A stretch of 64,000 nt of DNA, taken from NCBI GenBank assembly GCA_907165135.1, contig OU015570.1:2749929-2813928 (forward strand), in the 5' to 3' direction. Positions 22,780-35,395 of this stretch are shown here, in pieces. Positions within the stretch are counted from its first letter, which is position 1. Each line of letters starts with the position of its first letter. The notes below the pieces were generated by a model. It was not told where the DNA came from and searched no databases. It saw nothing but the letters and a program-made list of their open reading frames with translations. The translations under genes were made by a program, and so were the position numbers. The DNA comes from Oikopleura dioica. Lineage: Eukaryota > Animalia > Chordata.

Positions 22780-24540
22780 TCATTTTTTCTTCTTTGTTGA
22801 GACGACTGTCTTCCTTGTTAACTTCTTCTTTTTCTCTCATTGCTCGCTGAATGAGATCTTTTTGTTCTTCATCATCGAGTTCTTTAATGAACCATTTGGC
22901 AGTGCCACTTTGTGCTGCTGCGGCTCTTCTATAAATTCTCCTTGGTAGAGATGTGGCGTCAGTTCCCTTTGATACTTAATGAAATTTATGTTTTTTTCTT
23001 AACTAAACCTGAATGTGTTTTAAAAGTGCGAACGCACTTTCAAGTTTGATATTATTTGGAACAACTTGTGTTGACTTTGAAAGCTTTAATTTTTCCCATT
23101 CGGCGTAATCTCGTTTGTATTTCTCGCTTATCGGTGAATGCGCCTCTAAAATTATCATCATATTATGCTAAACTTATCGAACTTACTCATAACCTCGTCA
23201 TGGCCGTATTTCAAATCCTTTTCAGAAAATGTTCGGATGTAGCCGTCAAAATTATTCATAACCAACAATTGGTCTTCTTTATCATCACCCTGATATTCCT
23301 TCGCCATTTTGACTAAACTAAACAAAATTAATAAAGAGCATTCTATTTATCGAACCATTTAAATGCATTTTTGCATTTACTTAATTTGTCGAGTTTGTTT
23401 CCAAAGCCTTTAAACGCTTCCATCACTAATAACGGTTAATCGAATATCTTAAATTTGAATATAAACTTAAATCCAATTAAAAAATGTCGACGTAACCGTT
23501 TTCTTTTTCATACTCGAGTGATGTCACTCTTATTTTCATATAAAATTCAGAAGTCAGTCCAAACCAGAAGAGATTGCTAAAATTGTAACATGATAACGAA
23601 AATTTTTGAAGCTTACCTTATCGACATTTCAATGAGATTGATATTGCGCTCTTTACTGTCGTATATGTGCGAAATAATATACTTTGCATATTTATTCTTT
23701 TCGGAATATGCTCGGCAGCCCTCTTCCACTTTCAAATTTTACGAAAAAAATAGCAAGAATCAATCTACCTATATATGAATAAATCATCAGAGATTGAAAG
23801 TTTTTTCCCCGTATCGCAAATCTCGATCCAATATTGGTCCCTTAAAAATGATAAAGAAATTCGTTGTAAAATATGTTAATGGCTGATTTTGTAAAAATTT
23901 CTGCTTACCAAATGCTTTTTTGATAAATCCATAGTCACGGAGGAATATGGAGTCCATGACTTTCCGGATGTCGTTTTTTGACTGACGTTGAATAACTCGT
24001 CTTTATAAGAATGAAGATTTTGAGTCGTTTTAGCCGATTATTTATGCGAAAGAAATAAATTATTGATTATATGCTTTTTTCTATCCCATAAGCCACCGAA
24101 CAGAATCATCTTTTCAAAGGTTATATTTAAAAATTTGATTATTATCACATGAAAATTTTTATCGATTTTGAACCTTTTTCAAAGCGGTGTGTGCTTTAAA
24201 ACCTCCATTTTGTTTTTTTTTATGAGCTTTAACCTACCCCTCCTCTCTGAAAAATGATAGCGCTTTCGTCGCCGAAATAAAGCTCTACAGGCTAAAGGAG
24301 CATTTTAACCTTAATAAAAACACTGCCCTGTTGAAGCTGTTCTTTTCTCTCCAAGTTTTGCAGCGCCTGCAAAATTATGCGAGTCTGGAAGATCCGCGGG
24401 CAGAATAAGATCATTCAATCCTAAAATTATTTGAGATTTATGGCTGCTTATCATATTCGTTTACCAAGATCGATTTCTTCATTTGTGGCTTTCCCTGATG
24501 ATTTCTGATAGGCAGTCTTTATGAGGGTATTTCTTAATGT
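22780..24540 (-). pseudogene. Intron-rich, 5'-truncated DDE transposase fragment (hAT-like/unclassified)
   Basis: PNNIKLESAFALLKH (putative catalytic E) and C-terminal KWFIKELDDEEQKDLIQRAMRE align by eye with the transposase at 57.9-62.8 kb; several short GT-AG introns. Confidence 0.45.
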
Positions 24541-26704
24541 TTATTTTGATAAATAGTTTGATTGACCCCCTTCACGAATAGTAATCAAAATTACTGATAA
24601 TATTATGGACCATAAACAATCTTTTTACAGATGAAGAGAAGAAATTCTACAATCACGACTCACTTAGAGATAAAGGTCTCTCCGTCGCAACGTCTGATCT
24701 GGACTCTGCTCTCAAAAGAGGGTTCAGATACCTTCCTCCTTCACCATACGGAACGTCCTGGAATCCAAAGCAGAAAATCGAGCAAGTAGGCTTGACGATT
24801 CCATATAACAGCCCAACAAAATTATTCGACACAGTTGAAAAAATTTGCAGCAAACTAGTTTTACCAATAAGAATTCTAATCGGTATGTCCTTATAAGTCA
24901 AATTTCTTAGACTCTTCTAATAATCTTATAATTACACAGATGCTTGGATTCTCACAATGTCTATCAAAGAACTTGATGTTGGTCTTCAACCGAAGTATCG
25001 CCCATTTTATCCCTCTCACGTCAGTTGTCTCAATACTGTTTCCTATTTGTATGATCTGAAGGACATGATATCCCTTCTTGAAGAATGCGATGATGCAACA
25101 ATCCCGTATTTGTCGGTCCATAAAGAATAATAATTTACTTGTGCTTTTAAGGGTACGGGTGTCGGCGACGCTCTAACTAGGGCTCAATTCCTCGTGATAT
25201 AGAAGTGATGGATAAAATTCGCCTACATCAGTGCAAAGATCCATTCTTGTTATACATTTTGTCAAGAGGAAATTTGGATTTATAAACATTTTTTGTTTTA
25301 AAAATTGGCCCGAAGTCGAGATCTCGACCTAAAATGGTGAAAATAGGCCTAAAAGAGGCTTCAATTCCGAAGAAATGAGCCTGTAAACATACCTTTTTTA
25401 TATTTTTATATGAAAATTTAGACTCTTATCTTAATTTTGTCAAGAGATTTTTGAGATTGAATTACATTTCGTATGGAATTTAATTTTTTGAAAAAAACTA
25501 TCCTTGTTATTACACCGAAAATTTGCATTTTTTGAAACTGAGCGACACATTTTCGGCTCTAAAAATGTTTTGAGACAGATTCACGTAAAACCGAGAATAT
25601 CATGATGATCCTCATTCTCTAAGCTTTCTAAAAAGCCCCGGATGAAAAAAATCTGAGCCGAAAAATTTTTTTCGATAATTTTTTACGAGAGCATAACTCG
25701 TAAAATAACAATGATAGCAGCTGACAATTAATTATGACTCTGTAGTGCTTTATGCAAATGCAAGAAAGACACAAAAAAAAAAGTTAGTTTGGTATCTGGT
25801 TTATTGACGACAATGGGTAAAGTGAAAGTGGTGAGGAAGGGTTAACAGTGTCTCTTTATATAGTTTTTAGGCTTCCCATGGAATCTTCTAGTTGACGGGT
25901 AAAGTAGAGTAGTCGGCCGGCGGCGGAGCGTAGTTGGTGGGTGACGGAGCGTAGCTCGCCGGACTCAAGAGAAATTCCAAGGGAACTGTAGCGCTTTTCG
26001 CGGGAAAAGTAAAATTGGGCACGCGGCGTCAGAAAATCGAGCCAGAACGTAAAATTGCCTCAGGCGCGTAAAGCGAGCATTTTTGTAAAACACTATAAAT
26101 TCCTCCCTCTTTATTTTTTCAGACTTAAATCAGTATTTGAGTCTGAGTCGGAACTAGATGAGTATCCAGGTGGTGATTCAGGCGAGCTTTGAGGTTCGTC
26201 ATTCTTTTCGGGGAAGTTTTGTGATAGATTATTGAATAAGCCAGGATATTCATCAAAATTATCTGTTGGGCTCGTGGTTAGACAACACTTGTCCGTTGGT
26301 GAGGAGAATTTTGTTCGTTTCGTCGCGGTTGTCTGGTGATGATTTTCATTGTCTGTAACAGATCCTTTTCTACATGATGGATTTAACATTTTATCGAAGT
26401 CGTTTCTGTTGCGGAGCTGAGCATTTTCGTCAACTGAACAGGATTGTCTCAGCAGCGACTCTTGTGGGTTGAAGTTGTTAAGAGAAGTTGGTTCATTCTC
26501 AATAGGAACAAGTATTTGATACTCAGATTCATTCTGATCAGCTTGTTGGCCTTCGATATTTTCTTGACCTTCATCATTCGAATGTCTCGGCTCGACCGAT
26601 GTTCCGTATGCTAGTTGTGTTTGTGCTGCTGATTGATCATGTTCACGCGGATTGTTTTCCGTTGCATTCCGATTCGGAGGGCCGATAGGTGTTACTTCAG
26701 TATT

Positions 26705-27950
26705 TTATACTTGCGTTGCATGTTGAGCGTAATCAAGCGAATTGCCTCCTGTTTCATTTTGATAAGGTACCATGATTGAACCATCAAAAGGCACTATTTG
26801 CATTGCTTGTTCCGTAAGTTCACGTCTAATGTCAACGCTCGGCACGTCTAATCCTTTTAGTTGCAGAACTTTGATTATTTCGGCTTTGACGTCGATAAAC
26901 AGTTCATCAAGTTCGTAAATGTTAATTTGTCCAAGTCTCTTCCATAAGTGGCGCTTGATTGCCACTTTTGAGTACTCATCTATCAGTAGATCTTTCGTTC
27001 TCTCAGGGCCATGAAGAAAACGGATCATCACACCATAAGCAGAAAACTTTATCAATCCTCGCAAGCCATTAGCGAATTCAGGGAAATTCATAATTGTTCG
27101 CTGTTCAATCCTCCAATCCTCAGTTGATCTCTCGATTGCTTGTTCAATAAATTCGAGGAAATTTATGAATGCTTCTGTCTTCGGATCTCTAAGAAACACC
27201 AGTGGTATTTTGATTCCAAGCATCCAAGTAAGCACATACTGCTGGAATCGTCTCTTGGAGCAATTAGGCTGCAAGAAAAATAAATCTTGCACGAGAAGTC
27301 CGGTGGTCATTCTAAAATTTGGATTGATGGTTGATCGGCACGTTTCGTCAATCCTTTGCAAAATCTGCCATTTAGGGCACTTTGATTTCACATTCATCTT
27401 TTATTGTCAATTATCTCGGAGTAGTTGTATCATCGGTTTTCCCGCCATTTTGTCGTCAAGACACTCTGGAATTGGCAAGGGATATAAGTGCGCTCGGGTA
27501 TAAAACGGGCACTTCTTATCGTCATTTTGCGTAGCTCTATCATCACTTGTCATCTCGGTATGACATTTTCGTTCATCTTTGCACATGAACCTCTTGGTAA
27601 ACAATCACTCTTCTCTCGTCGAAGTTCTGTAAACAAGAACGGTTGCCATTTGTTGTTTTTCATATTTCTACATTCTATGAATTCTGGAGAGGCATCTGTC
27701 TGAAGTTACGCGCAGTAGACATCAACGTCACAGTCATCACAAAATGCGTGAGGGATATGGCCACCTAACTATTAGCAGGACACGGAAGCTACTTTCAATT
27801 TACAAGGCGAGGTTTGATTCGTAAGGAGGTCCCTTCTCCAATTGAGCGTCGCCAGGCTGCTCTTGAGTCGGTATACCAAGTGGACTTTGTTTACAGCCAT
27901 ATTTCTCGGCAATATGGATTTTCACCTTGGGGCACATGAGGGCCTTCCCT
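26705..27950 (-). CDS. ORF3 of gypsy element 1 (unknown, not env-like; 5' part broken)
   Basis: 230-aa ORF 26705-27397 plus upstream fragments; motifs shared with ORF3 of element 2. Confidence 0.6.
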
Positions 27951-27962
27951 CCCCCTTCATTT

Positions 27963-30900
27963 TTATTGATTCTTTGGCCGCAATCTCTTTGCCCAAGTAT
28001 CAATCTCAGGTTCTCCAGGGCAAACTTCATTAAGTTCACTAACATCGTGATCTTCTTTGAGTTCAGGTTTGCTCATTTTATCATCATCAGGAGACAAAGG
28101 AACAATTTCACTCGGAACTTCATCGGAACCATTTTTGAAGTTCAGGGGACGGATCAGGTTGATATGTCGGCGGTACTCCCTGCGAGTTTCGACATCTTTT
28201 ACAATGTATGAGTCCTTGCTGATTCGCTTCTTGACAATGAACGGTCCGAACCAGACTCTATTAAGCTTTCTAAAAGCCGGTTTCCATATGAGACATTTGG
28301 AGCCTATCTCAAGTACAGGAGCATTATTCTTGTCACGTGCGACAAGTTTTCGGTATCGGGAAACTTGGTGAGCAAGAATTGATGGATGGAGTTTCTCAAA
28401 ATATTTGTTTAAGCCAGTAAACCATTTTTCCTTTGTTGCACTGTCAACACGATCCGTTTGGAAAGGAACATGAAACTCTCGTCCGTAGTAACATTCATTT
28501 GCACTTCTGCCATCTAAAGTCGATTTTGGTAGATTATTGATATAATATCTGACTATTGGCCAGGCAGTTGACCAGTTACGATGATCAGCATTCAGAAGCT
28601 TCAGTTTTGTATTGACCTCGCGATGAAGTCGCTCAAGAGCACCGTTGCTTTGACTTCGATACGCAGTCGTACGCGAGTGTCTCAACTCAAATTTGCGAAA
28701 AACTTCGGCGACAAGTGGTCCAAATTCAGATCCATTATCTGTAAAGCAATCATTATGGATTCCATGCCGAAGAATCAGGGTTAGAATATTTTTCGCAACA
28801 ACAGAATCACTCTTTGTTCCAAGTGGTTCTCCATCAATGAGACCAGTCAAAGAGTCAGAACAAGTGAGCAGGTATCGTTTCCCTTGGTTGTCTTTTTGAC
28901 CGAAATCCATAAGGTCAAAGAAGGTTTTTGAAAAGGGTATTGACTCAAAATACCGTTTTTGTATCATTGAAGGTCGCAATTTACTTAGCGGCTTCGTGTT
29001 GATACAAGTAGCGCATGATGTTGTGATCTCTCGGGTCTTTGTTTGGACTTCGTGGAAAAAGAACTGTTTCAACATCATATTTAGCTGTTGACTGCCCGCA
29101 TGGCAGGTGTAGCAATGAAGAAATGAGATGAATTCTCTGCTCAGATCTTCTGGTAGGACGAGACGTTTATCTTTGTAGATAAGGCCGTCCTTGATAACAA
29201 ATGTTGATTTTGGATTTCTTCCGCTTTTCTCGATGAGGTTTTTCGTTTTGAAACATTCCCTTTGTAGTCGACTCAACTCTTCGGAAGAAAATTTTCTGTC
29301 TCCGAAAGAGAACACAGTATCATCTTGGGTTGACATTTTCGTATGAAAGGCAAACACTGTTTCGGGAATATCTTCAGATTTTTTGGAATCGTTCTCAAGG
29401 TCGTCGCTTGATGAAGCCTCTAGACGAGAGAGATAATCAGCAGTGCACATAATTGGACTTGTTCCAGGTTCATGAAGAATTGTGAAGTTGAATTTCAGCA
29501 GGTAATTGTGGATGTTTGTCAATTTGATGTCGTTGTTCTTGTAGTCCCGTTGCTCTTTGAACAGATAACACAAGGAGTTGTGATCCACAACGCATGTGAA
29601 ATGAGTGTTGAGCAAATAATACTCGAAGTGCGAAATACTAAATGCCAGCGCAAACAATTCTTTGATCCTCATTGATCGTTTCAAGTCGGGTCCCTTGAGT
29701 GCTTTGCTGAAGTAACCAAGTATACAAGTATTTAAGGATTCCCCAATTTTCTGGTAAAGTATTCCGCCAACTTTCTTTCCGCTGCTGTCAGTAACAAGAA
29801 TCAATGGTTTTCCCAGGTGAAGATATGACAACGATGGCTTCTTCGAAAGCTCAGTTTTGATTGTTTGGAAAGCGCGCTCGTGTTTGTAATCCCATCGAAA
29901 TTCGAAATTCAACATTTTTCGAGGTCAGGTCGTAGAGCGGCTTGAGTATCGAGTTTCCATTTCGGACGAATTTGATATTGTAGTTGAAAACTCCTAGTAG
30001 ACGCTTGACTTCGTTTTTTGATTGCGGTGCTTTTAAGTTATTTATGGTCTCAAGGTGTTTGTCAGTTGGTCGGACACCGTCTTTGCTTATTGAGTAGCCA
30101 TGAAAATCGGCCTCAGTCCGGCACAGAAAACACTTTTTCGGTGAGAGAAGCAGACCATAATTCACGCAGGTTTTGAAAATGAATTCGAGAGTCTCAAGAT
30201 GTTTATCGAAGGAGTTGTCTATCGCAATGATATCGTCCAAATACAGGAGGATACTTGGGTGGTCTAGCAGTTTCTGCATGATTCTTGAAAAGGCACTCGG
30301 GGCTGTTGACACTCCATACAGCATACGTTGAGCGGCGTTGTGTTTCTTGTTGCAAGAAAATGCCAGTTTGTGGGAATCTTTAGCGGCTGTTTGTATTACC
30401 AGTAACCTCTGTGGCAATCAGTTTGACAAATGAAACAAGAGTTGCCATTTGAAAGTCGTGTTCCGATCTCGGTTAATATTACTGAGAGGTGAGGGAGTGG
30501 ATATCGATCTTGTTTCAGAAGTTTGTTTAAGGATCTTGCGTCAAGTGAGATCTTTATTGAGCCATCGTGTTTCTTAAGGATTATCAGCGGAATATTGAAA
30601 CCAGAAGATGTCTCCTTTATTATGCCCATATTTTACCATTCCTCGATGACTTTGCTTACTTGATCCCTCAAATTGATAGCAATAGGGCGAGGAGGTTAAT
30701 GAGTTGTTACAGACTCATCAGGAAAAGCAACATCTTTGAGAAGGTCACATCCAATTAGAATCGGTACACAGAGGGAGTCAACAACAAGTGGGCTCGTGAT
30801 CAAAGAAAATTTGCCATTATCAATTGTTTGAATTACCATTTCTATCGGGTCACTGAGAACAGATGGTCGAATAAATTGATTGTTGGCACAGATGATCTCC

Positions 30901-31079
30901 ATTTTTGAAAGTTTTGTGTTGTTAACGAATGGGAGGTTGGAATTGATACAACTCTTTGAAGCACCCGTATCGAGTAGCGCAACATAATTGTATCCATTGA
31001 CATTGACGTTGATGAATTTCAGGTTGGAGGGAGCGTAGAACATATTCGGACAGGCAAGAACAGTTTCAGAGTCAGATAG
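27963..31079 (-). CDS. pol: Pol of gypsy element 1 (about 3 frameshifts)
   Basis: PR LLDTGAS; RT LYLDD; RH VTDSS...ADYLSR; IN H-H-C-C, DLMD, TDNGSEF, SNGALER, WFGPF. Confidence 0.95.
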
Positions 31080-32420
31080 TCATAAAAGTGACTTTGCATA
31101 ATCTCTGACTTGAGCAGGAATTTCTTGCTGCGGAGCATGTTGATACTTGCAGGAACTTCCGAATTTGCATTCACCAGTGTTCGTATATTTCAAGCAATAC
31201 CCTTGGGCCTTATCGAGATCAACTTTGGACTTTTTCTTACCACCATTCGGCTTTGATCTCTTGCTTTGGCTTGCTTGCTCAGTCTTGAATTTCGCGAACT
31301 CCTCGGTGAGTTTACGAAGTGCTTTTGCAATATCGTCAGTATCCCTTGATTTTGCCATCGCTGCGAAGTTCAGTTCTCGTCGCTTGAAGCTTCTTTCCAA
31401 TTCGTTCGCTCTTTTGCAGATCGTATTCACATTAAGACTTGCTTTTTCTCGTAGCAGAAGTTCTCGCAATCGATCGTCTTGGGCAGCGCAGAATTTCTCG
31501 ACAAGCAGCTCATTATCTTGCGCTCTAAGGGTTTTGATATTGTAACCCTGACGATAGTAGGATTGCAGCTTTGCCATGGCAACTCCCAAACTATCTGATC
31601 CACGCTGGTAGTTCTCGTACAGATGATTCCAGTGATCTCGGGAAAAGCCCAAAACATCTTCAAGTTTTTCCTTGAAAGCAGTCCATTCCTGAAGCTCGTT
31701 ATCGTTGAGTGAAGCAATGATGTGTGAGCCTTGTTCCTCGGAAAGCATTGAGCTGAGGGCGCATGTGATCAGTTCTTCATCGTTAAGCGCAGAAACTCGG
31801 CCATAAATCTCCATGTTTCGAATCCAAGCTCCGATTGGGAGGTTCGAATCATATTTTAGCGTTTTCACTCGAGCTTTGTTCGATCCAAACTTTCGCATAC
31901 CTTCACGTGTTGACTCGCGCTTTTGTCCGCTGTAACGAGTTTTCGCTTGTTTTTTCTTAGCTTGCTTTGGCTCTGACTTGACTTTTGGCTCAGGCTTAAT
32001 GTTTTCCCGCTTAGCCCTCGTGTTGGGTTTCATCATGATATCTGCCGACGCTTGGGAATCAGATGTATCGCTTTCAGTGTCACTACCAACGCTACCATCT
32101 GTCTCGTCGATATCAGATTGGGTTGCAATTATCTCTTCTAGTGTTTTCGCCTCCGCAATTGATAAGATTTTCTCGATCGAAAGTTTATGGTGGGGTTTGC
32201 TGAATCGTTGGTTGTCGCAGGGCTCTCGATAGCCCTTCAGGAACTCTACTTTTCCAGTATCTAGCTCACGAAAGATGAATTTAGGATCGTTTTCGAAGAA
32301 GTCTTCCTTAAGTCGCAATATGTTCAGTACGCAACTCTTTTTATCCACAGCTGGATAGTGAACAGGGTATTTTTTCGTCTCGAAAGAATCGTAGATGAGC
32401 AAAAGTTCTCGCTTGCTCAA
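31080..32420 (-). CDS. gag: Gag of gypsy element 1 (446 aa) with C-terminal CCCH finger
   Basis: Follows PBS; CLKYTNTGECKFGSSCKYQH; homologous to Gag of element 2. Confidence 0.9.
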   Translation of the reverse strand: MSKRELLLIYDSFETKKYPVHYPAVDKKSCVLNILRLKEDFFENDPKFIFRELDTGKVEFLKGYREPCDNQRFSKPHHKLSIEKILSIAEAKTLEEIIATQSDIDETDGSVGSDTESDTSDSQASADIMMKPNTRAKRENIKPEPKVKSEPKQAKKKQAKTRYSGQKRESTREGMRKFGSNKARVKTLKYDSNLPIGAWIRNMEIYGRVSALNDEELITCALSSMLSEEQGSHIIASLNDNELQEWTAFKEKLEDVLGFSRDHWNHLYENYQRGSDSLGVAMAKLQSYYRQGYNIKTLRAQDNELLVEKFCAAQDDRLRELLLREKASLNVNTICKRANELERSFKRRELNFAAMAKSRDTDDIAKALRKLTEEFAKFKTEQASQSKRSKPNGGKKKSKVDLDKAQGYCLKYTNTGECKFGSSCKYQHAPQQEIPAQVRDYAKSLL

Positions 32421-33265
32421 ATCCTCGGTTTTCTTGAAATATATTCCGACATATTTTCAGCAGCTCTCTAATCTAGCAGCTCTCTTTGAAAATCGTTTTT
32501 ATTCAGTCACCAATTTGTAGTGCTTTATGCAAATGCAAGAAAGACACAAAAAGAAAAGTTAGTTTGGTATCTGGTTTATTGACGACAATGGGTAAAGTGA
32601 AAGTGGTGAGGAAGGGTTAACAGTGTCTCTTTATATAGTTTTTAGGCTTCCCATGGAATCTTCTAGTTGACGGGTAAAGTAGAGTAGTCGGCCGGCGGCG
32701 AAGCGTAGTTGGTGTGTGACGGAGCGCAGCTCGCCGGACTCAAGAGAAATTCCAAGGGAACTGTAGCGCTTTTCGCGGGAAAAGTAAAATTGGGCACGCG
32801 GCGTCAGAAAATCGAGCCAGAACGTAAAATTGCCTCAGGCGCGTAAAGCGAGCATTTTTGTAAAACACTATAACTCGAGCTTAAATTTTCTGTAGAGTTC
32901 GAAAAAATAATTTGTTTTTATCCACATTATATTATTACGGGCGATAAAAAGCCGACACCCGTACCCTTAAGTGATCGCTGTTTTACAAATTTCGACGTAA
33001 TGAGATTTAATTTCGAAGCAAGTGGAGTTAGCGTCAAAAAAATTTTGGCGCTTGAATTGAAAATTGCCCGACTTCCAGGTGAGAATTTTCAGATTTGAGT
33101 TATGTTTATTCATGATAATTCTTTAGATCAGGGAAATTATACAGGATCAGGAAGAGGAAAACATAGAAATTATAACAATGATGACGGTGAGCTTGATGAT
33201 GAAGATTCAGACAACGCAGCAGATGATTTTGAAGAAATTTAGTCCGAAAAGACAAATCCTGTCTT

Positions 33266-33808
33266 TTAAAGATCATTGAAATTCAAAAACCATATTATTC
33301 CAAATACAGAAATAACACCAAAAATAGCCGTAAAAAATTTTCGACAATTATTTTGAGCAGACAAACCCTCGCTTTCAATTCCATGACTAAAAGAATCTAT
33401 GTCATGAATTGAAATTGCAAGCTCATGGGCAATCGACAGACTGCTTTCATTATAGAAATTTGACAAAGCAAATTGATCTTGCAACTCATCTAAAAGTGCT
33501 GACCTAGCAAAATAGAAAAACGTTTCCCAGGATGCGTTGCTAAAAATAGATGAGAGCGCAAGGAGCTCAATGTTGATATGCGCAGCAACCAACGAGTAGA
33601 ATCCTTGAGTAGATCGTTTTGGATTGATTCGTCGAACCATTCGAAAGAACTGGATTTTGATTTCAGTGACATAATCATGTTCGCTTAGCATCTCAGGATT
33701 TTTGGCAAATATATCACTAATTTCATCGGTGCTCGGAGGTTTGATGGTTCGAAATCTTGAGTGTTCAACACTGAAACAGCGATTTTCTTTGATTTTTGAG
33801 GCAATCAT
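33266..33808 (-). CDS. Hypothetical Maverick protein (180 aa) with hydrophobic C-terminus
   Basis: Intact ORF next to the capsid gene; C-terminal FFTAIFGVISVFGIIWFLNF. Confidence 0.4.
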   Translation of the reverse strand: MIASKIKENRCFSVEHSRFRTIKPPSTDEISDIFAKNPEMLSEHDYVTEIKIQFFRMVRRINPKRSTQGFYSLVAAHINIELLALSSIFSNASWETFFYFARSALLDELQDQFALSNFYNESSLSIAHELAISIHDIDSFSHGIESEGLSAQNNCRKFFTAIFGVISVFGIIWFLNFNDL

Positions 33809-34097
33809 ATTCTTAACTAAATATCTTTTGAGAAATTAAAACAACCATGATCTACTTTCTTTGTTAAGGTGATATAAATACTCATCATCCTCAAAAACAT
33901 CGATCTCTTCAAAAATAAAAAGGGTGCAAAATTTTGCAACATTTTCCGCCTCTCTCATTTTCAAGAATATTTTTAGCTTCTGAAATCTTTACAGCATAAG
34001 CTGTCGTCTATTTATTCAATTTTTTCAAATATTTGTTTTGGAAAAGAGTGCTTGAGCATTTGAGTTTCTTGCCTCATTTATTTAATTTGGAACCAGC

Positions 34098-35369
34098 TTG
34101 ATGTTCGCTTTTTCGAAAAATTCTTCTGATGATGCTCAGGGATATGAAGACCCACGTTTCCAAGAATATGCACCAGATGAGTCTGATTCAACGCAACTGG
34201 TATGGGACCTCCCTATGTCCAAACGATATTTAAAGCTTGCAGACTCCTACATGACTTTTACAGTTGATCTCCCAGATACTGTCATTCCCGACAACGGTTT
34301 CGTTGATAAACTTTTTGACGGGATGAATATTGAGATGCAGCAAGACCTGGTAACGTCAAAAAACGCAGATTCAGAGTCAGCTATAACTGGACATTTCTGG
34401 CGAAAGTCGATGTTTGATCAGAATTATCTGGACTCAACAATGAGTCTCCTTGGCTGCTACGACATTCATAATGTTGATTCAAATGAAATAAAAACCACGA
34501 GTGAGATAATCGATCATAGAAGAATGAACGCACAAAAAATCTTTAAAAACATTGAGATTAACGAACAAACATACTCAACAACCTGGTATCGATACGAATT
34601 CATCTCACCTCTAAATCACGGATTAGCGCGCGAGCCTTGTCGCCTCCCAGCTAATCTCGAATTGACAATCAAGTTTTATCGAGCACCTGCTAGTGCCGCC
34701 GTGATGAAAATAGCTGACAAAATAACATGCGAAGATGGATCAAAAATCGACTATAATTTTGATTCGACATTCATTGAACTCCGTCGACCTCGGCTTTGCG
34801 CGATGTTTCTCCGATCTGAAAAGCTCGACATTAAAATGGCAAAGTATCGGTCATATGACTTTGAGTGTAATTTTTATGATTACCCGATTCGCTACAATAT
34901 ACTTGATACTGGTGAATCGGAGTTCATGGTAAAAGTTTCTCGTGGTACTTTCCCAAAATATGCGTTTTTTGCAATTCGCCCTATGAATGAAGACTCACCA
35001 TCGATGGAAAGATGCCTTACAAGATTTCAGCGACATAAACTTGAGTCATTTACGCTTACTGTCAACAGCGAACCTCTACCAGGCCATCCTTTGAAATCAG
35101 ATTCGGCATTCTACTATAACTTTCTTCAGATGACTGACAGATATATGAATCCCTGGAGCAGTGGTGTCTTACCTTTCTCGCATTTCAAAAAAAACAACTT
35201 CTTTGTTGTTATCAATTTCGAAAATTTGAAACGAACATCTGGTCAACTTCATGTCAAACTCAGATTCTCAGAAAATCTCCTCGAAAAATTTCAGCTTATA
35301 TACATGCCTGTCTATCCTAAAAAACTTGTGATTTCACCTCATAATGATATATCTGTAACTGATCAATAA
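34098..35369 (+). CDS. Major capsid protein (double jelly roll, Polinton-type), 423 aa
   Basis: EYAP...YLKLADSY, NGFVDKLF, RLPANLELTIKF, RGTFPKYAFF, F.RHKLESFTLTVNSEPLPGHPL, GQLHVKLRF fit the Polinton capsid pattern; size appropriate. Confidence 0.8.
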   Translation: MMFAFSKNSSDDAQGYEDPRFQEYAPDESDSTQLVWDLPMSKRYLKLADSYMTFTVDLPDTVIPDNGFVDKLFDGMNIEMQQDLVTSKNADSESAITGHFWRKSMFDQNYLDSTMSLLGCYDIHNVDSNEIKTTSEIIDHRRMNAQKIFKNIEINEQTYSTTWYRYEFISPLNHGLAREPCRLPANLELTIKFYRAPASAAVMKIADKITCEDGSKIDYNFDSTFIELRRPRLCAMFLRSEKLDIKMAKYRSYDFECNFYDYPIRYNILDTGESEFMVKVSRGTFPKYAFFAIRPMNEDSPSMERCLTRFQRHKLESFTLTVNSEPLPGHPLKSDSAFYYNFLQMTDRYMNPWSSGVLPFSHFKKNNFFVVINFENLKRTSGQLHVKLRFSENLLEKFQLIYMPVYPKKLVISPHNDISVTDQ

Positions 35370-35395
35370 ATACGAGTTTAATAATATAACTTCTT

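Larger units (their letters stand above)
25741..32872 (-). mobile_element. Ty3/gypsy LTR retrotransposon 1 (full length)
   Basis: 357-bp LTRs 25741-26097 and 32516-32872 (4 substitutions seen); 4-bp TSD ACTC; PBS TGGTGACTGA 32503-32512; PPT about 26101-26112; PR-RT-RH-IN order. Confidence 0.96.
25151..32966. mobile_element. TTAA-targeting non-autonomous DNA element (Kolobok-like), about 0.68 kb without the nested gypsy
   Basis: Perfect 16-bp TIR GGGTACGGGTGTCGGC (25151-25166, 32951-32966); TTAA on both sides; RR...YY termini fit Kolobok rather than piggyBac. Confidence 0.75.

Noticed and set aside
26705-27950. ORF3 as retroviral-type env
   Set aside because: No signal peptide, TM helix or furin site/fusion peptide visible in either element
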